Of a stretch of 64,000 bases of DNA, positions 13,572-25,342 are shown piece after piece. The position numbers were made by a program, and so were the translations under genes. Where the stretch lies: the NCBI RefSeq assembly GCF_006345805.1, contig NC_043010.1:620001-684000 (forward strand), read 5' to 3'. This DNA is from Octopus sinensis. Taxonomy: Eukaryota. Positions within the stretch are counted from its first letter, which is position 1; every line of letters starts with the position of its first letter. The notes beneath the pieces were generated by a model that made no database searches, was not told the DNA's origin, and was given only the letters and a program-made list of their open reading frames with translations.

Positions 13572-13848
13572 ATAATAAATATTAGGGAATAAATCCAAAT
13601 TTACAGGGAAAAATCAGATTTAGGATTGAATCCAATTTTATAGTAAAATATTATATAATATTAATTAGAGACAAAACCACTATTATGCAAATCAAACAAA
13701 GAAAGACTTAATCCAATACATAAAAAATTTAATATAAAGTAAATAAATTTTTTAATTTTATTTACTTTATATTAACATTTTTTTATGTATTGGATTAAGT
13801 CTTTCTTTGTTTGATTTGCAAAATAGTGGTTTTGTCTCTAATTAATAT
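13570..13848. mobile_element. Fold-back element in (TA)n: ~90-bp tail plus ~93-bp inverted arms with a 3-nt loop
   Basis: 13658-13750 pairs with 13754-13848, with a few mismatches and a 2-bp indel. Confidence 0.8.
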
Positions 13849-13910
13849 ATATATATATATACATACATACATAAACATACATACATCATACATACATACA
13901 TACATACATA

Positions 13911-13957
<47 letters not shown>

Positions 13958-14052
13958 ATATATGTTGTGGTGGAGATGGTGGCGATGATAGTGATGGCTG
14001 TAGTGATCCTGATATACATGTGTGACCAGTTGTATTTGGTTATACAGCTATT

Positions 14053-14778
14053 GTGTGGTTCTGACGTTTTTGCGCCCACTGCAGACGTGCCCTTCGATGA
14101 CGATCCGTGATGATGGGATCCCTAGGCGGATGTCGACAAGACAGACTGAAAGATCTCAACCGGTGCTGAACTGTCTCTGCACAAATGGGTCTGTGGTGAG
14201 TCCCTATGATCTGCCTAGTTGATTCCGTTGCCTTCTGGAATCGGTCCTGCAAATGCTGACGGTGCAGATGGCGATCTTGACATGCCGTTGTAACCCTCAC
14301 TGCGTTGACGATCATTGTATCGTTTCTTAATCCACTCAATTGTCCAAATACTGCAGTTCAAGTCATTAGCAATGACCCATGTACGTTGACCAGCATGGAG
14401 ACATCAGATGGTTTGCACCCTCTGATATCGTGTCAGTATTGGCATGCTGGCTACGTTCGGAAAATTTGGGTATCTTTTATACCGAATCGGTAAATTTGGG
14501 TGCCTTTTATAGTCAGTGAGTTAACGTTTTGCATGTGCACCATACTTTTCATAAAGATGCATTCAAGAGTATTACCATGTTCACGAAAAGTGAGCGAGTT
14601 CGAACTTTACATGCAATCTTTCTGCTTTCCAAAAGCAGTGATGTTGTGGGCCAATGACGTCTTCCTGATGTCAAGTTACCAAGAAATATGATAGAATCCA
14701 TATGATCTCAATATCGTATGTGAAACAAATAATCTTTTACTGTGCGACGTCTTTTTTCCTTTTTTTTATAGTTCAGTG
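14053..14778 (-). mobile_element. Tc1-like transposon, 5' part (TIR + N-terminal transposase), decayed
   Basis: End TA|CACTGAAC at 14778. Translation RVTTACQDRHL...HLQDRFQKAT...TVQHRLR...RHRRARLQWA. Confidence 0.8.
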
Positions 14779-14788
14779 TATATATATA

Positions 14789-15202
14789 GGCGCAGGAGTG
14801 GCTGTGTGGTAAGTAGCTTGCTAACCAACCACATGGTTCCGGGTTCAGTCCCACTGCGTGGCATCTTGGGCAAGTGTCTTCTGCTATAGCCCCGGGCCGA
14901 CCAATGCCTTGTGAGTGGATTTGGTAGACGGAAACTGAAAGAAGCCTGTCGTATATATGTATATATATATATGTGTGTGTATGTGTTTGTGTGTCTGTGT
15001 TTGTGTGTCTGTGTTTGTCCCCCTAGCATTGTTTGACAACCGATGCTGGTGTGTTTACGTCCCCGTCACTTAGCGGTTCGGCAAAAGAGATCGATAGAAT
15101 AAGTACTGGGCTTACAAAAAGAATAAGTCCCGGGGTCGATTTGCTCGACTAAAGGCGGTGCTCCAGCATGGCCGCAGTCAAATGACTGAACAAGTAAAAG
15201 AG
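14789..15202 (+). mobile_element. tRNA-derived SINE family B, full length (probably an octopus OR-type CORE-like SINE; name not verified)
   Basis: A-box-like TGGCTGTGTGG, B-box GGTTCAGTCCC, CTTGGGCAAGTG core-like block, central (TA)/(TG) microsatellite, 3' ...AAACAAGTAAAAGAG-like end. Confidence 0.9.
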
Positions 15203-15310
15203 AAGAGAAAGATATAATATATTATATATATATATATATTATATTATATATATAGTATGTATGTATGCATGCATGCATGTATTTATGTATGTACGTAGTA
15301 TGTATGTATG

Positions 15311-15344
<34 letters not shown>

Positions 15345-15444
15345 TGTATGTATGGTGAAATGAAACACTAGAGTCTAAAGAGACTAGTGATGGTTAATGG
15401 CTGCAAATAATAAATATTGAATGTTCACCAGATGGAGTAATTTA

Positions 15445-15622
15445 TTTTGCACGAGGAAGAAAATTTAACGTTTCGGGTGGAAATCCATCGTCAGTGTCAG
15501 ATAAAATGTTTTCAATAGTGCTGAGTAACAAAAATAGATTCAGCAATATCAGAAAATAATTTATTTCTTTGATGAGGAGTTTCCCACAAAACGTTAGATT
15601 TCTTTTCTTCCTTACGACAAAA
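15445..15622. mobile_element. Old inverted pair of Penelope-like/hammerhead-like segments
   Basis: Minus-strand CTGACGA..GAAACGTTA (15466-15494) and plus-strand TTGATGA..CAAAACGTTA (15569-15596) lie within imperfect ~50-bp inverted arms. Confidence 0.5.
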
Positions 15623-15702
15623 CAACCTACAGCAATTGGTGAACACCTTGCATTTCATCTTGAAATCGTAATAGTAGCTTTAGTCATCATCACAATCACT
15701 AA

Positions 15703-16287
15703 TATTATCGGAAACATTTTCTTTGGGAGTGTTCTTTAATATAAAGCTGCTCAATGTGGGTTTATGGTCACCTTCTGCAAGATATATTACATTTTTAATC
15801 AACCAAATATGAACCATTTTGCTGTACAATGCGTCTCCATGTTTCCTTTAACTTGAAACTACCTTCTTCCTAGAATTGAGGTGGTTTCATGGCAAAGAAT
15901 TCATCAAGGTATCTTTTGACGTCATCCAAGGAATTGAAATTTTTACCATTAAGACTAGTCTGCAGAGACCTGAATAAGTGGAAATCCGAAGGAGCAATAT
16001 CTGGTGAATATGGAGGGTGGGGTAACACATCCTAGCCGAGCTGCAGCAATTTTTGTCTGGTTCCCAAAGCATCAAGTGCCGAAAATGAACTTTCTTATCT
16101 TTCATTTTAAAGGGTTACAGAATTAACACAGGTTATAGGAACATAAACCTTCTTCCACGAAAAGATAGCTTAAACTGTTCTCTAAATGGAGGTGTAGTCA
16201 AATCCTACTTCATGGACTCAACCATGTTCTAAAATAAGTCGAAAGGTAAGCTACTATAAATCGGCACGAACTTTCCAGACAACCCAA
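15703..16287 (-). mobile_element. Internally deleted mariner element
   Basis: 5' TIR TA-TTGGGTTGTCTGGAAAGTTCGTGCCG. N-terminal KKVHFRHLMLWE is fused to the C-terminal KLKETWRRIVQQNGSYLVD*. Confidence 0.8.
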
Positions 16288-17745
16288 TAGAATAAGAATT
16301 GTAATGACCTTCACAATGTTATTCAGTTAATGTATGCGGTATTATTGCTTGAGTTCACTACGACACTTGACAGTTAATAATGTCTGTCTTAGTGCACTAT
16401 GATACTTGGCGGTTAGTAGTGTCTGCTGAAAGAATATGTTATTTAAATACAGCCTCATCTGATCTTCCACCCGTATTTCCTTGCTTCCATTGTGTTGTTG
16501 TTGAACCTAGAGCTGTCCGCTTAGAAGACAAAAAGCACTACAGCCGTGTTACAGCCGTGTTGCAGCCGTGACCATTTTATCTTTTTTGTTTTGCTTATAT
16601 CTATAACTACATTGTTTAGTGATTCATCTGTGTTATTCTAAAGGCAGGCATCCTCAATTGTGAATTAGTGTGTATATATATGATGGTATGAAGCAACATT
16701 GCGGTCTTCAATAAAAGAACATATATTAATAACTATTTCGCTGTAATCAAAAGAATATTCATTTACATAACAATGCTGAGAATGTTGGCAGAAATTTAGA
16801 GGAAGCGAGAGGAGAGAAAAACTTTGATTTGTTAGCGTTGCTATACACCAAAACATAACTGTCAAATGCAGTGCCAAGTGTATGTATGTATGTATGTATG
16901 TATGTATGTATGTATGTATGTATGTATGTATGTATGTATGTATGTATGTATCTATATATACATGTGTTTATGCGTGCATTTATATATGTATGTATGCATG
17001 TACGTATGTATGCGTATTATGTATGTATGTACGTGCATATGTATTTATGTATGTTTGTATGTACGTACATATGCATGTGTGTGTATGTACGTATGTATGT
17101 ATACCTGTATTTTCGTACGTATGTATATGTGTTTATATATGGATGTACGAATGTGTATATATGTTTGTACGTTAGTATGTATGTTTTTATGGATACATTA
17201 GTGTATTTATGAATGCATGTATGTATGTATGAGTGCATGTGTGCGTTTGTATGCATGTATGTATATATGTATTTGTGTAAGTGTGTATTTATGAATATAC
17301 TTAAATGTGTGTGTGTGTATATGTATTCCTTTTCATTTAGTGATGCCATTGATTGGACTAAGCCCATGGACATCCTGGGGCAAAAACCGTCAAGATTTAT
17401 TCAGTCTACTGTCGTTCTTAATTCTTTGATATCTTTTTAGCGAAGCGCTAAGTTATGGTTTGATATAAAGTAGTGAAATTCCACTCACCGGTTAACAAAG
17501 GTGAACATGAACTCATACATACATTAATGAAAACACACACACACACACACACACAAACACATACAATCACGCACACCCACACACACACACACACACACAC
17601 AAACACATACATACACGCACACACACATACACACACAACTCAACGCAACACATACGGTGTCAGAACGCCTGCTGTGTCCCTTCTTGATGACTAAATCTTC
17701 GAAGTCTCCATTAGATCTTCCCTGTGTCACGCCTTGCAGCCTTTA

Positions 17746-18835
17746 CAGTGTTCACAGAGTATTGAGTACTAGGTTTTTAAGAACGTATTTCGCATTTTAA
17801 TAAAACATATCTAATCTTGCACAAACATTCAAATAACAAGTTTTGCACATCTTCTCGATACGCTTTCTTATAAAATTGTACTATGAATGCGCCTTTAGTT
17901 TCGGCCACTGTTTTAATGCGGAATCGGAATTGTCAACATACTTGCACTAAATGGACATCGCTTGGACAATGACAACCTTCTGTGAATCTACTGTATTGTG
18001 AGAATGTCGGTTTGTCTCCCATGCAGCAATGTTCCAAATGTAATAATCCATAAGATTTACATCTGGTGAGTTTGGAGGCCACAAATTTGGTGTTTTATGA
18101 TCGCAAAAATTGTCCATTCTTAGATTTCGTGGGCTTTGTAAGGTTATGAACCTTGTTGAAACACGTATGACTTTCCACTGCGTACTTCATGCATCCAGAA
18201 CTTAACAATTGTCTTCAGTACCTCAATGTATCCAGAAGCATTTATTATAAATCCTTGTGGAAAGATGTGCGGTGACATGACTTACATTACTTACCACTCT
18301 TAAAATCATCGCAGCTGCCGGAAGCGTAGTGTGTATCACTCTGGAGACATCAGAAAGATCTGCGCATAACCATCAGTCATTTCCCCTGTTAGACATTTGG
18401 TCTTGGTTGAAATTTTTCTCATCAGGAAAGAACCAAAGCATACTATGTTCATGAAGTCTTTTAACATTAAGAAACCGCGTTGCACGAATCAAATGGTTTT
18501 CCTTTGTAGACATGAACAGACCCATGCTCAGTAAATACGATTTGCATCGAAAATCCTTATGCGTCAGTTCTGATAGTTCACCTAGACACCAGAAGTTCTT
18601 TGGCGATGACTCCCATTGATTTTTCGGGATCATAATCTTTAATTTTTAAAAATCCATTGGATGAATTGCAGTGTCCTTGTAGTGTCCGAACATTTAGAAA
18701 ATTTGTTGCTTTTTATTTTTTGATACAGATAAAAAACATTTTCACGAGAGTCTTCCAATTCCATCTGAACTTTGCGTATAAAACATCTTACAACATACAA
18801 AAAGACGGCAATGGCAACAATGGCTGCATATGTAC
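17746..18835 (-). mobile_element. maT/DD37D-type transposon remnant
   Basis: Fragments FMSTKENHLIRA, WFFPDEKNFNQDQ, YVFQQ, WPPNSPDVNLMDYYIW, VAETKGAF. TA|CAGTG terminus at 17746. Confidence 0.82.
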
Positions 18836-19015
18836 ATACATACACACATACACACATACATACATACATACATACATACATACATACATAATACAAACAT
18901 ACACACACACATACACACATGCATACATACATACATACATACATGCATACATACATACATACACACATACACACATGCATACATACATACACACACACAT
19001 ACATACATACATACA

Positions 19016-19048
<33 letters not shown>

Positions 19049-19439
19049 TTATATGCAGTTAAGTATATGTCCGGTCATAGAGTGACCAATGGTTTCGCAT
19101 TGGTAAGGTGCTCAGCCCTATGAGCGACTCCTCAGACTCTTACAATGGAGGGCATATACCTCTTCACACTGGAGGTAGAAATCCGTTACGGTCAGTTTAA
19201 TAAACAAAGAATAAACTTTGTGGGCCGGCGAAGGCGACTTCTGTCCCTTAGACAAGTTCAGTTGGCAGTCGATAAGCGCTAAAGTGGTGAATGGGGTACA
19301 CCGGTCTTAAGTTACTTCAAGCTCGTAAGGATCATTTCCTGTTCAAATTGATGAATGGGGAATCCCATGTTTGCAGCAGGTAGCGTTTAAAAGGGGGGGA
19401 CAGGGGATATAAATCTCGAGTCGGAAATTTAATCGTAAG

Positions 19440-20095
19440 TCTGGATACCAGGAATCTTTGAGGATCCAGACTTACTATTAAATTTGGCGTTAAACTAGGC
19501 AAAAACACTACTGAAGCTTAGAAATACTTCAGACTGCTTATCGATTAACGTGTATGAGCCGAGCATCTAATTTTCGCTGGCACAAGAGGTCAAGCAAAGG
19601 CCAGTTGGAAACTCATGATGATTCGCCTTTTCGACAGCTAGGGCATCAACTATATCCGCTGGTTTCTCTCTGGCCAGACTCTCAACAAAGAGTGCTTTGT
19701 GGAGGCTTTGAAGGTGTTCAGTAATAGATTTGATCGTAAAAGGCCAGAGCACTGCACCAGGACAATGCAGCAATCCACATTTCCACAGATGGTTACATTG
19801 GTAACCAACAAGTTGACAGAAATCGACATCAAAACTGCTCCTGTACAGTCTAGACCAAGCTCCCGGTGACTTTAGGCTGTTCCTCAAGCTGAAGAAAATG
19901 AAGTAGGCTGTGAGAAGGGTCCTGGACACCTTCACATTGGCGGACTTCCATTGGGCCTTCACGAAGTAGCTGGAGCGGGAAAACAATAACATAGAACTCA
20001 GCGGATCCTGCTTTGAAGGAAATTAGAGTTTTGTACTTCTTTGGGATCAATGAATATCTTTTCTGAAAAAGTGTAAAAACTTCTGGAATGCACTC
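19440..20095 (+). mobile_element. Internally deleted mariner remnant
   Basis: IKFGVKLGKNTTEA, FRWHKR, LHQDNAAIH, YSLDQAPGDFRLFLKLKK, CFEGN*. Confidence 0.75.
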
Positions 20096-20177
20096 TGCAT
20101 GTGGGCGTGTATATGTATATCTGTGTATGTGTGTGTGCGCGCGCGCGTATATATATATATATATATAATATGCGCCC

Positions 20178-20430
20178 TTTTAAAGCGCCCTTTTGAAGCC
20201 TAGCTAGGCTTATGGACCCGGTTTCCCCGGTTCCAAATGGCGTATGTCTTCCCCAGCTGGATGCGACGCCAGTCCATCGCAGGTTTCTCAATTTTGCCAA
20301 CTGAGTGGACTGGACCAACGTGAAATGAAGTGTTTTGCTCAAGAACACAATGCGTCGCCCGGTCCAGGAATCGAAATCACAATTTTACGGTCATGATGCT
20401 GACACCCTAACCACTAAGCCACGCGCCTCC
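20178..20430 (-). mobile_element. tRNA-derived SINE family C (CORE-like block plus a V-SINE-like GCGATGGACTGGCGTC block)
   Basis: The minus strand has GGAGGCGCGTGGCTTAGTGG and B-box TTCGATTCC. Homologous to 3762-3950 and 44745-44875. Confidence 0.8.
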
Positions 20431-20460
20431 ACACACACACACACACACATACACACACAC

Positions 20461-20509
<49 letters not shown>

Positions 20510-20559
20510 ACACACACACATACACACACACACACATACACACACACACACACACACAT

Positions 20560-20596
<37 letters not shown>

Positions 20597-20641
20597 TATA
20601 AACACACACACACACACATATATATATATAAAGACATACAT

Positions 20642-20680
<39 letters not shown>
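20430..20680. repeat. (CA)n/(TA)n array
   Basis: Direct reading. Confidence 0.97.
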
Positions 20681-20681
<1 letters not shown>

Positions 20682-20778
20682 CGGGAAGCTTTATGAAAAT
20701 AGACAAAAGACGAAGGCAGGTGGAATACAAACAAACAATTGTATTAGTATGGCGCTCAGGAAATATAAATAAAACAAG

Positions 20779-20816
20779 TCTTTAACGTTTCGAGCCTACG
20801 CTCTTCAACAGAAAGA
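20779..20816 (-). ncRNA. Minimal type I hammerhead ribozyme-like motif (core variant CUGUUGA)
   Basis: UCUUU CUGUUGA A GAGC-GUAG-GCUC GAAA CG UU AAAGA: 5-bp stem I, 4-bp stem II, palindromic minimal stem III. Confidence 0.7.
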
Positions 20817-21028
20817 TACACAGAGAAGAAACACAGAAAGAAGGAGAGAAAAAAATGCTTAGCCATCATCGGATACGGATATATATATACACACAAACAT
20901 GCATACACACATATTAATCTTACTCTTTATGTTGAGTTATAATAAAATTAGTTTGATATGAAACTGAAAGATTACTCGATACTTCTTTCAGGGAAACATT
21001 TAATAATTTTTAACAAGAATAGTGTTGA

Positions 21029-21073
21029 CAGTAACTTCGGAGTTTCGGCCTGCTTAGCCATCATCGGATACGG
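21029..21073 (-). ncRNA. Degenerate type I hammerhead-like motif
   Basis: CCGAUGA U GGCU..GGCC GAAA CU-CCGA-AG UU; U4>C change and weak stem I. Confidence 0.45.
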
Positions 21074-21076
21074 ATA

Positions 21077-21146
<70 letters not shown>

Positions 21147-21892
21147 CGTGTGTGTATGTGTGCGCGCGCGTGCGTAAGTGTATGTAATTGTTCGTTAATC
21201 ATGCAATAAACCGGGACAATTAATGCAATTTTTTTTTTATTGATTGTAGAATGTAGCGTTCATATCTCTCTCTCAAAGGGAAGTAACTATGGAGACTGTG
21301 TACAAATACTTTTTACATCACCAATAGCCAGAAAATTGATAGAAGCAGTAGCAGCAGTAGGCATAGCAGCAGCAGCAGTCAAAACAACAACTATAAAAAT
21401 AATAAAGTAAAAATATGGATTTGTTTTTTTTTATTTTTATTTTTTTAGCCAGAAAAGGAAAGCTAGAAAACAAATATTGGAGAATATCTGGTCTGGCTTT
21501 CGACCAGGTTGCCAACATTCTGCCTCGCTCTGTGTTATAAAAGTATAATTAATAGCAAGAATAACAACAACATTTGCAATCGTTACAATGGTCATTGTCG
21601 TGGTTGTGTTCGTCGTGGTTGTGGTCGTGGTCATCGTGGTGGTAGTGGAGGTGGTGGTCGTCGGCCTCCTCCTCCTCCTCATCATCATCATCATCATCAT
21701 CGTCGCCATCTACACCAACAGCCACCGACAACAATAACCGTTCAAATTACAATTTAGTTTTCTTTATCTGTGTTTGTCTGTTTGTCTGTCTCTCTCCCTC
21801 TCCCTATCTCTTTCTGTTTCTCTGTCTCTCTGTCTCTCACCCTCTTCTCTCAGTCTCTCTGTCTCTTTCTCTCTCTCTTCTCTCTCTCTGTG

Positions 21893-21942
<50 letters not shown>

Positions 21943-22001
21943 CATCCATCCATCTATCTATCAATATATCCATCTTTCTCTCTCTCTCTCTCTCCTCTCT
22001 C

Positions 22002-22045
<44 letters not shown>

Positions 22046-22284
22046 CATAATACATACATACCCTCTCACACACATGTATTTTATGGAACTGTTCCATGTA
22101 AATGCCAGCCCAGTTCCCTGTCTGTCGACCCTCCAAAGTAACAGTCTAATATTCCAGATTATTTATTTTATATTATTATTATTAATTTTCCTGTAATATT
22201 TAAAAAGAAAAATACTGATAAATAAATTATTGTAAAATAACTCACAATACCAACAGTAATAATGGAAATACAAATAATAGTCCC

Positions 22285-22423
22285 TTCTTCTTCTTCTTCT
22301 TCTTCTTCTTCTTCTTCTTCTTCTTCTTCTTCTTCTTCTTCTTCTTCTTCTTCTTCTTCTTCTTCTTCTTCTTCTTCTTCTTCTTCTTCTTCTTTCCTCC
22401 TCCTCCTAATAATGATGATGATG

Positions 22424-22459
<36 letters not shown>

Positions 22460-22465
22460 GTAATA
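22285..22465. repeat. (TTC)n followed by (TAA)n
   Basis: Direct reading. Confidence 0.97.
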
Positions 22466-22472
22466 ATAATAC

Positions 22473-22681
22473 TTTCTACTGAAACACAAAGCCTCAAATT
22501 TTGGGGAAGGGATTACGTCGATTACATGAACCCCAGTGCGTAACTGGTACTTATCTAATCGACCCGAAAGAAATATTGGTGAAGTCGACCTCGGCGGAAG
22601 TTGGATTCAGAACGTAGCGACGAGCTTAATGTCGTTAAGCATTTCGCCCGGCGTGCTACCGATTATACCGGCCCGCCGCCT
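22473..22681 (-). mobile_element. Family-A SINE, monomer
   Basis: Reverse-complement match. Confidence 0.8.
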
Positions 22682-22923
22682 AACCCTTATTCAGGGACCT
22701 TTTGAGTGGGATGGGTTACTCGACCAGAAGAAAATTCTAACTGGGCCCCACCTGCAAGGTCATGTGCTGTTTATCTTCATATGAGATCAGCATATCGCGC
22801 ACATATGGTTGTGATGCATGTGCCTGGTGTACCCTTGTCAAACGGGAAGTTATGATGGGTATATTGGGCTTCGTATATTTGTACCCCAGTGTCACTTTGA
22901 TGGCATGCACTGCTCTCTCACCC
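22682..22923 (+). mobile_element. (AAT)n-tailed retroposon, 5'-truncated
   Basis: Colinear with ~60296-60537. Confidence 0.85.
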
Positions 22924-22943
22924 AATGATGATGATAATAATAA

Positions 22944-22974
<31 letters not shown>

Positions 22975-22976
22975 AA

Positions 22977-23108
22977 CAAGGTCATGTGATGTTTATCTTG
23001 ATATGAGATCACCATGTCGCGCACATATGGTTGTGATGCATGTGCCTGGTGTACCCTTATCAGACGGGTAGTCATGATGGGTATATGGCATGAACTGCTC
23101 TCTCACTC
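22977..23108 (+). mobile_element. (AAT)n-tailed retroposon, 5'-truncated, ~45-bp internal deletion
   Basis: Between (AAT)n arrays, directly upstream of the Dong LINE. Confidence 0.85.
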
Positions 23109-23180
23109 AATAATAATAATAATGATAATAATAATAATAATAATAATAATGATAATATAATAATAATAATAATAATAATA

Positions 23181-23231
<51 letters not shown>

Positions 23232-25136
23232 GAGAACTATCACAACAAGCGCAGAAATCTCAGCACCGCATGGATTGACTATAAAAAGGCCTTCGACAGT
23301 ATACCGCATCCATGGATCTTGAGATCGCTGGACATCTTTAAAATTTCCCCTGTGATTTCAAACTTCCTGAAGCACAATATGTCGTTGTGGAATACGAATC
23401 TCCAATTATACCACTCTAATGGAGTACTTGCCTCAGAATATATAAACATCAACTGTGGAATTTTTCAAGGTGACTCACTTTCACCTTTAATATTCTGCAT
23501 AGCCCTAATACCCCTTACAAGTGAATTAAACAGAACAGGGTATGGGTATAAAATTGCCAATAAAAAAATAAGCCATCTATTTTATATGGATGACTTAAAA
23601 CTTTATGGTAAAGACAATAATGAACTTGAAGGCCTATTGCGCACCGTGAAAGCATTCAGCGATGACATCGGGATGGAGTTTGGACTTGAGAAGTGTGCCA
23701 AGGCCACTTTCCAGAAAGGGAAAGTGAAGACCACAAATTCAGTCGTGTTAGATGTTGACACAGTCATAAAAGAGCTTGAGCAAGAACAGACATACAAATA
23801 TTTAGGGATAAATGAAGGTTCTGGTATTCAGCATGCAAGCATGAAAGAGAAAATCAGGAAGGAATGTTATAGGAGAGTTCGTGCAGTCCTGAAATCTGAA
23901 CTAAATGCACGTAACAAGGTATTAGCTATAAATTCCTTAGCAGTTCCAGTTGTTACTTATAGCTACAATGTGTTGAACTGGAATATGAGTGAAGTAAAGA
24001 ATATAGATAGAAAAATACGCAAGCTGCTGAGTTGTAATAGGATGCACTACCCAAAGGCAGACGTAGATCGCCTTTACCTTCCCAGAGCCCAAGGAGGTCG
24101 AGGCCTGATCCAATTTGAACTAGCTTACAAAACAACCACAATTGGACTGGCCAAATATCTCGAAATATCGAATGACTGGATGCTAAAGCTCGTGGAAAAT
24201 CACGAGAGACGAAAGAAGCTTCATTCTATCATCAAGGAAAGCAAAAAAATTGCTATTGATCTCGTGCAGGATACCCAAACTGAACAACCCGAGGGAAGTA
24301 CGGCAACTATTGTTGCAAAGAAGGTGAAAATGATGGCAATGAAAAAAGCGCACGAGCAATTGGCTGATAGGTGGGAGGAGAAACCTCTGCACGGCAAATA
24401 TGTAACCCGCAGCAAACAAGCTGATGTTGACCAGAAGCAAACCCATCAGTGGCTGCGGAGCTCAGGGCTAAAAGCAGAGAGCGAAGGTTTCATCCTGGCT
24501 GCTCAAGACCAAAGCCTATTAACCCGGAACTACCAGGCCAATGTGATGAAAAATGGAGCAGACCCAAAATGCCGATTCTGCAACGACATGATTGAAACAG
24601 TGGACCACCTAATCTCTGGATGTAAAGTCTTAGCACCAGTGGAGTATAAATTAAGACATGACAGAGTTGGCCAATATCTCCACTGGCTAATAAGTCGGCA
24701 TTACAATATCAAAACTGCCGACAAGTGGTATAATCACTACCCTGAGGCTGTAACTGAAGGAGAAAATGTAACCATTCTGTGGGACTTTCCAGTACATACA
24801 GACCGAACCATCAAGGCCAATAAACCAGATATTGTTGTGAAAGACCAAAACAATAAAGTTTGCTTATTGATCGACATGAGCATCCCCTGTGATCATAATA
24901 TCTCAGCGAAAGAGTTTGACAAGCTCAGAAAATATAAAGACCTACTCATTGAAATTGAGAAAATGTGGCATCTCAAGGCGGTTACAATACCAGTGATCGT
25001 AGGAGCACTAGGAATGATCAAGAAGGGAACCGAAAATTATATGAGAATGATCCCTGGCTTACCATCCCTGCAAGAAGTGCAAAAGATTGTCTTAACTGGT
25101 ACATCACACGTATTGAGAAGAGCATTGTCGATGTGA
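23232..25136 (+). CDS. 5'-truncated ORF of an R4/Dong-clade non-LTR retrotransposon: reverse transcriptase (from the WIDYKKAFD motif onward), CCHC knuckle and restriction-like endonuclease
   Basis: The frame is open from 23232 (ENYHNKRRNLSTAWIDYKKAFDSIPH) to TGA 25136. Motifs: GIFQGDSLSPLIF, YMDD (23583-23594), YKYLG, GGRGL, CRFC..H..C (from 24570), RHD, NKPDIVV, D..E..K..KY. The upstream in-frame TAA comes from the microsatellite. Confidence 0.95.
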   Translation, partial: ENYHNKRRNLSTAWIDYKKAFDSIPHPWILRSLDIFKISPVISNFLKHNMSLWNTNLQLYHSNGVLASEYININCGIFQGDSLSPLIFCIALIPLTSELNRTGYGYKIANKKISHLFYMDDLKLYGKDNNELEGLLRTVKAFSDDIGMEFGLEKCAKATFQKGKVKTTNSVVLDVDTVIKELEQEQTYKYLGINEGSGIQHASMKEKIRKECYRRVRAVLKSELNARNKVLAINSLAVPVVTYSYNVLNWNMSEVKNIDRKIRKLLSCNRMHYPKADVDRLYLPRAQGGRGLIQFELAYKTTTIGLAKYLEISNDWMLKLVENHERRKKLHSIIKESKKIAIDLVQDTQTEQPEGSTATIVAKKVKMMAMKKAHEQLADRWEEKPLHGKYVTRSKQADVDQKQTHQWLRSSGLKAESEGFILAAQDQSLLTRNYQANVMKNGADPKCRFCNDMIETVDHLISGCKVLAPVEYKLRHDRVGQYLHWLISRHYNIKTADKWYNHYPEAVTEGENVTILWDFPVHTDRTIKANKPDIVVKDQNNKVCLLIDMSIPCDHNISAKEFDKLRKYKDLLIEIEKMWHLKAVTIPVIVGALGMIKKGTENYMRMIPGLPSLQEVQKIVLTGTSHVLRRALSM

Positions 25137-25308
25137 GAACTGTTGCTGCTCATGTATTTTAATTTAACTTTAAAAAAAAAAAAAAAATGAACGAACTACT
25201 GAGTTTGGTTTAATGGCCTACCAATATACACTATGAGTTTCTTTGCCCTAGGAGTCGGGAAGACACTCGGCAAGAAATGGAAGAAAATTTGAAAGAAGAA
25301 AAAAAAAA

Positions 25309-25309
<1 letters not shown>
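23232..25309 (+). mobile_element. R4/Dong-like RLE LINE, 5'-truncated, inserted in (TAA)n
   Basis: ORF as above plus a ~170-bp 3' UTR ending in an A-run. (AAT)n arrays lie immediately on both sides (23108-23231 and from 25310). Confidence 0.92.

Positions 25310-25342
<33 letters not shown>

Noticed and set aside
14789-14860. tRNA gene
   Set aside because: This is a tRNA-like SINE head continuing into SINE body; it has no complete cloverleaf or terminator.
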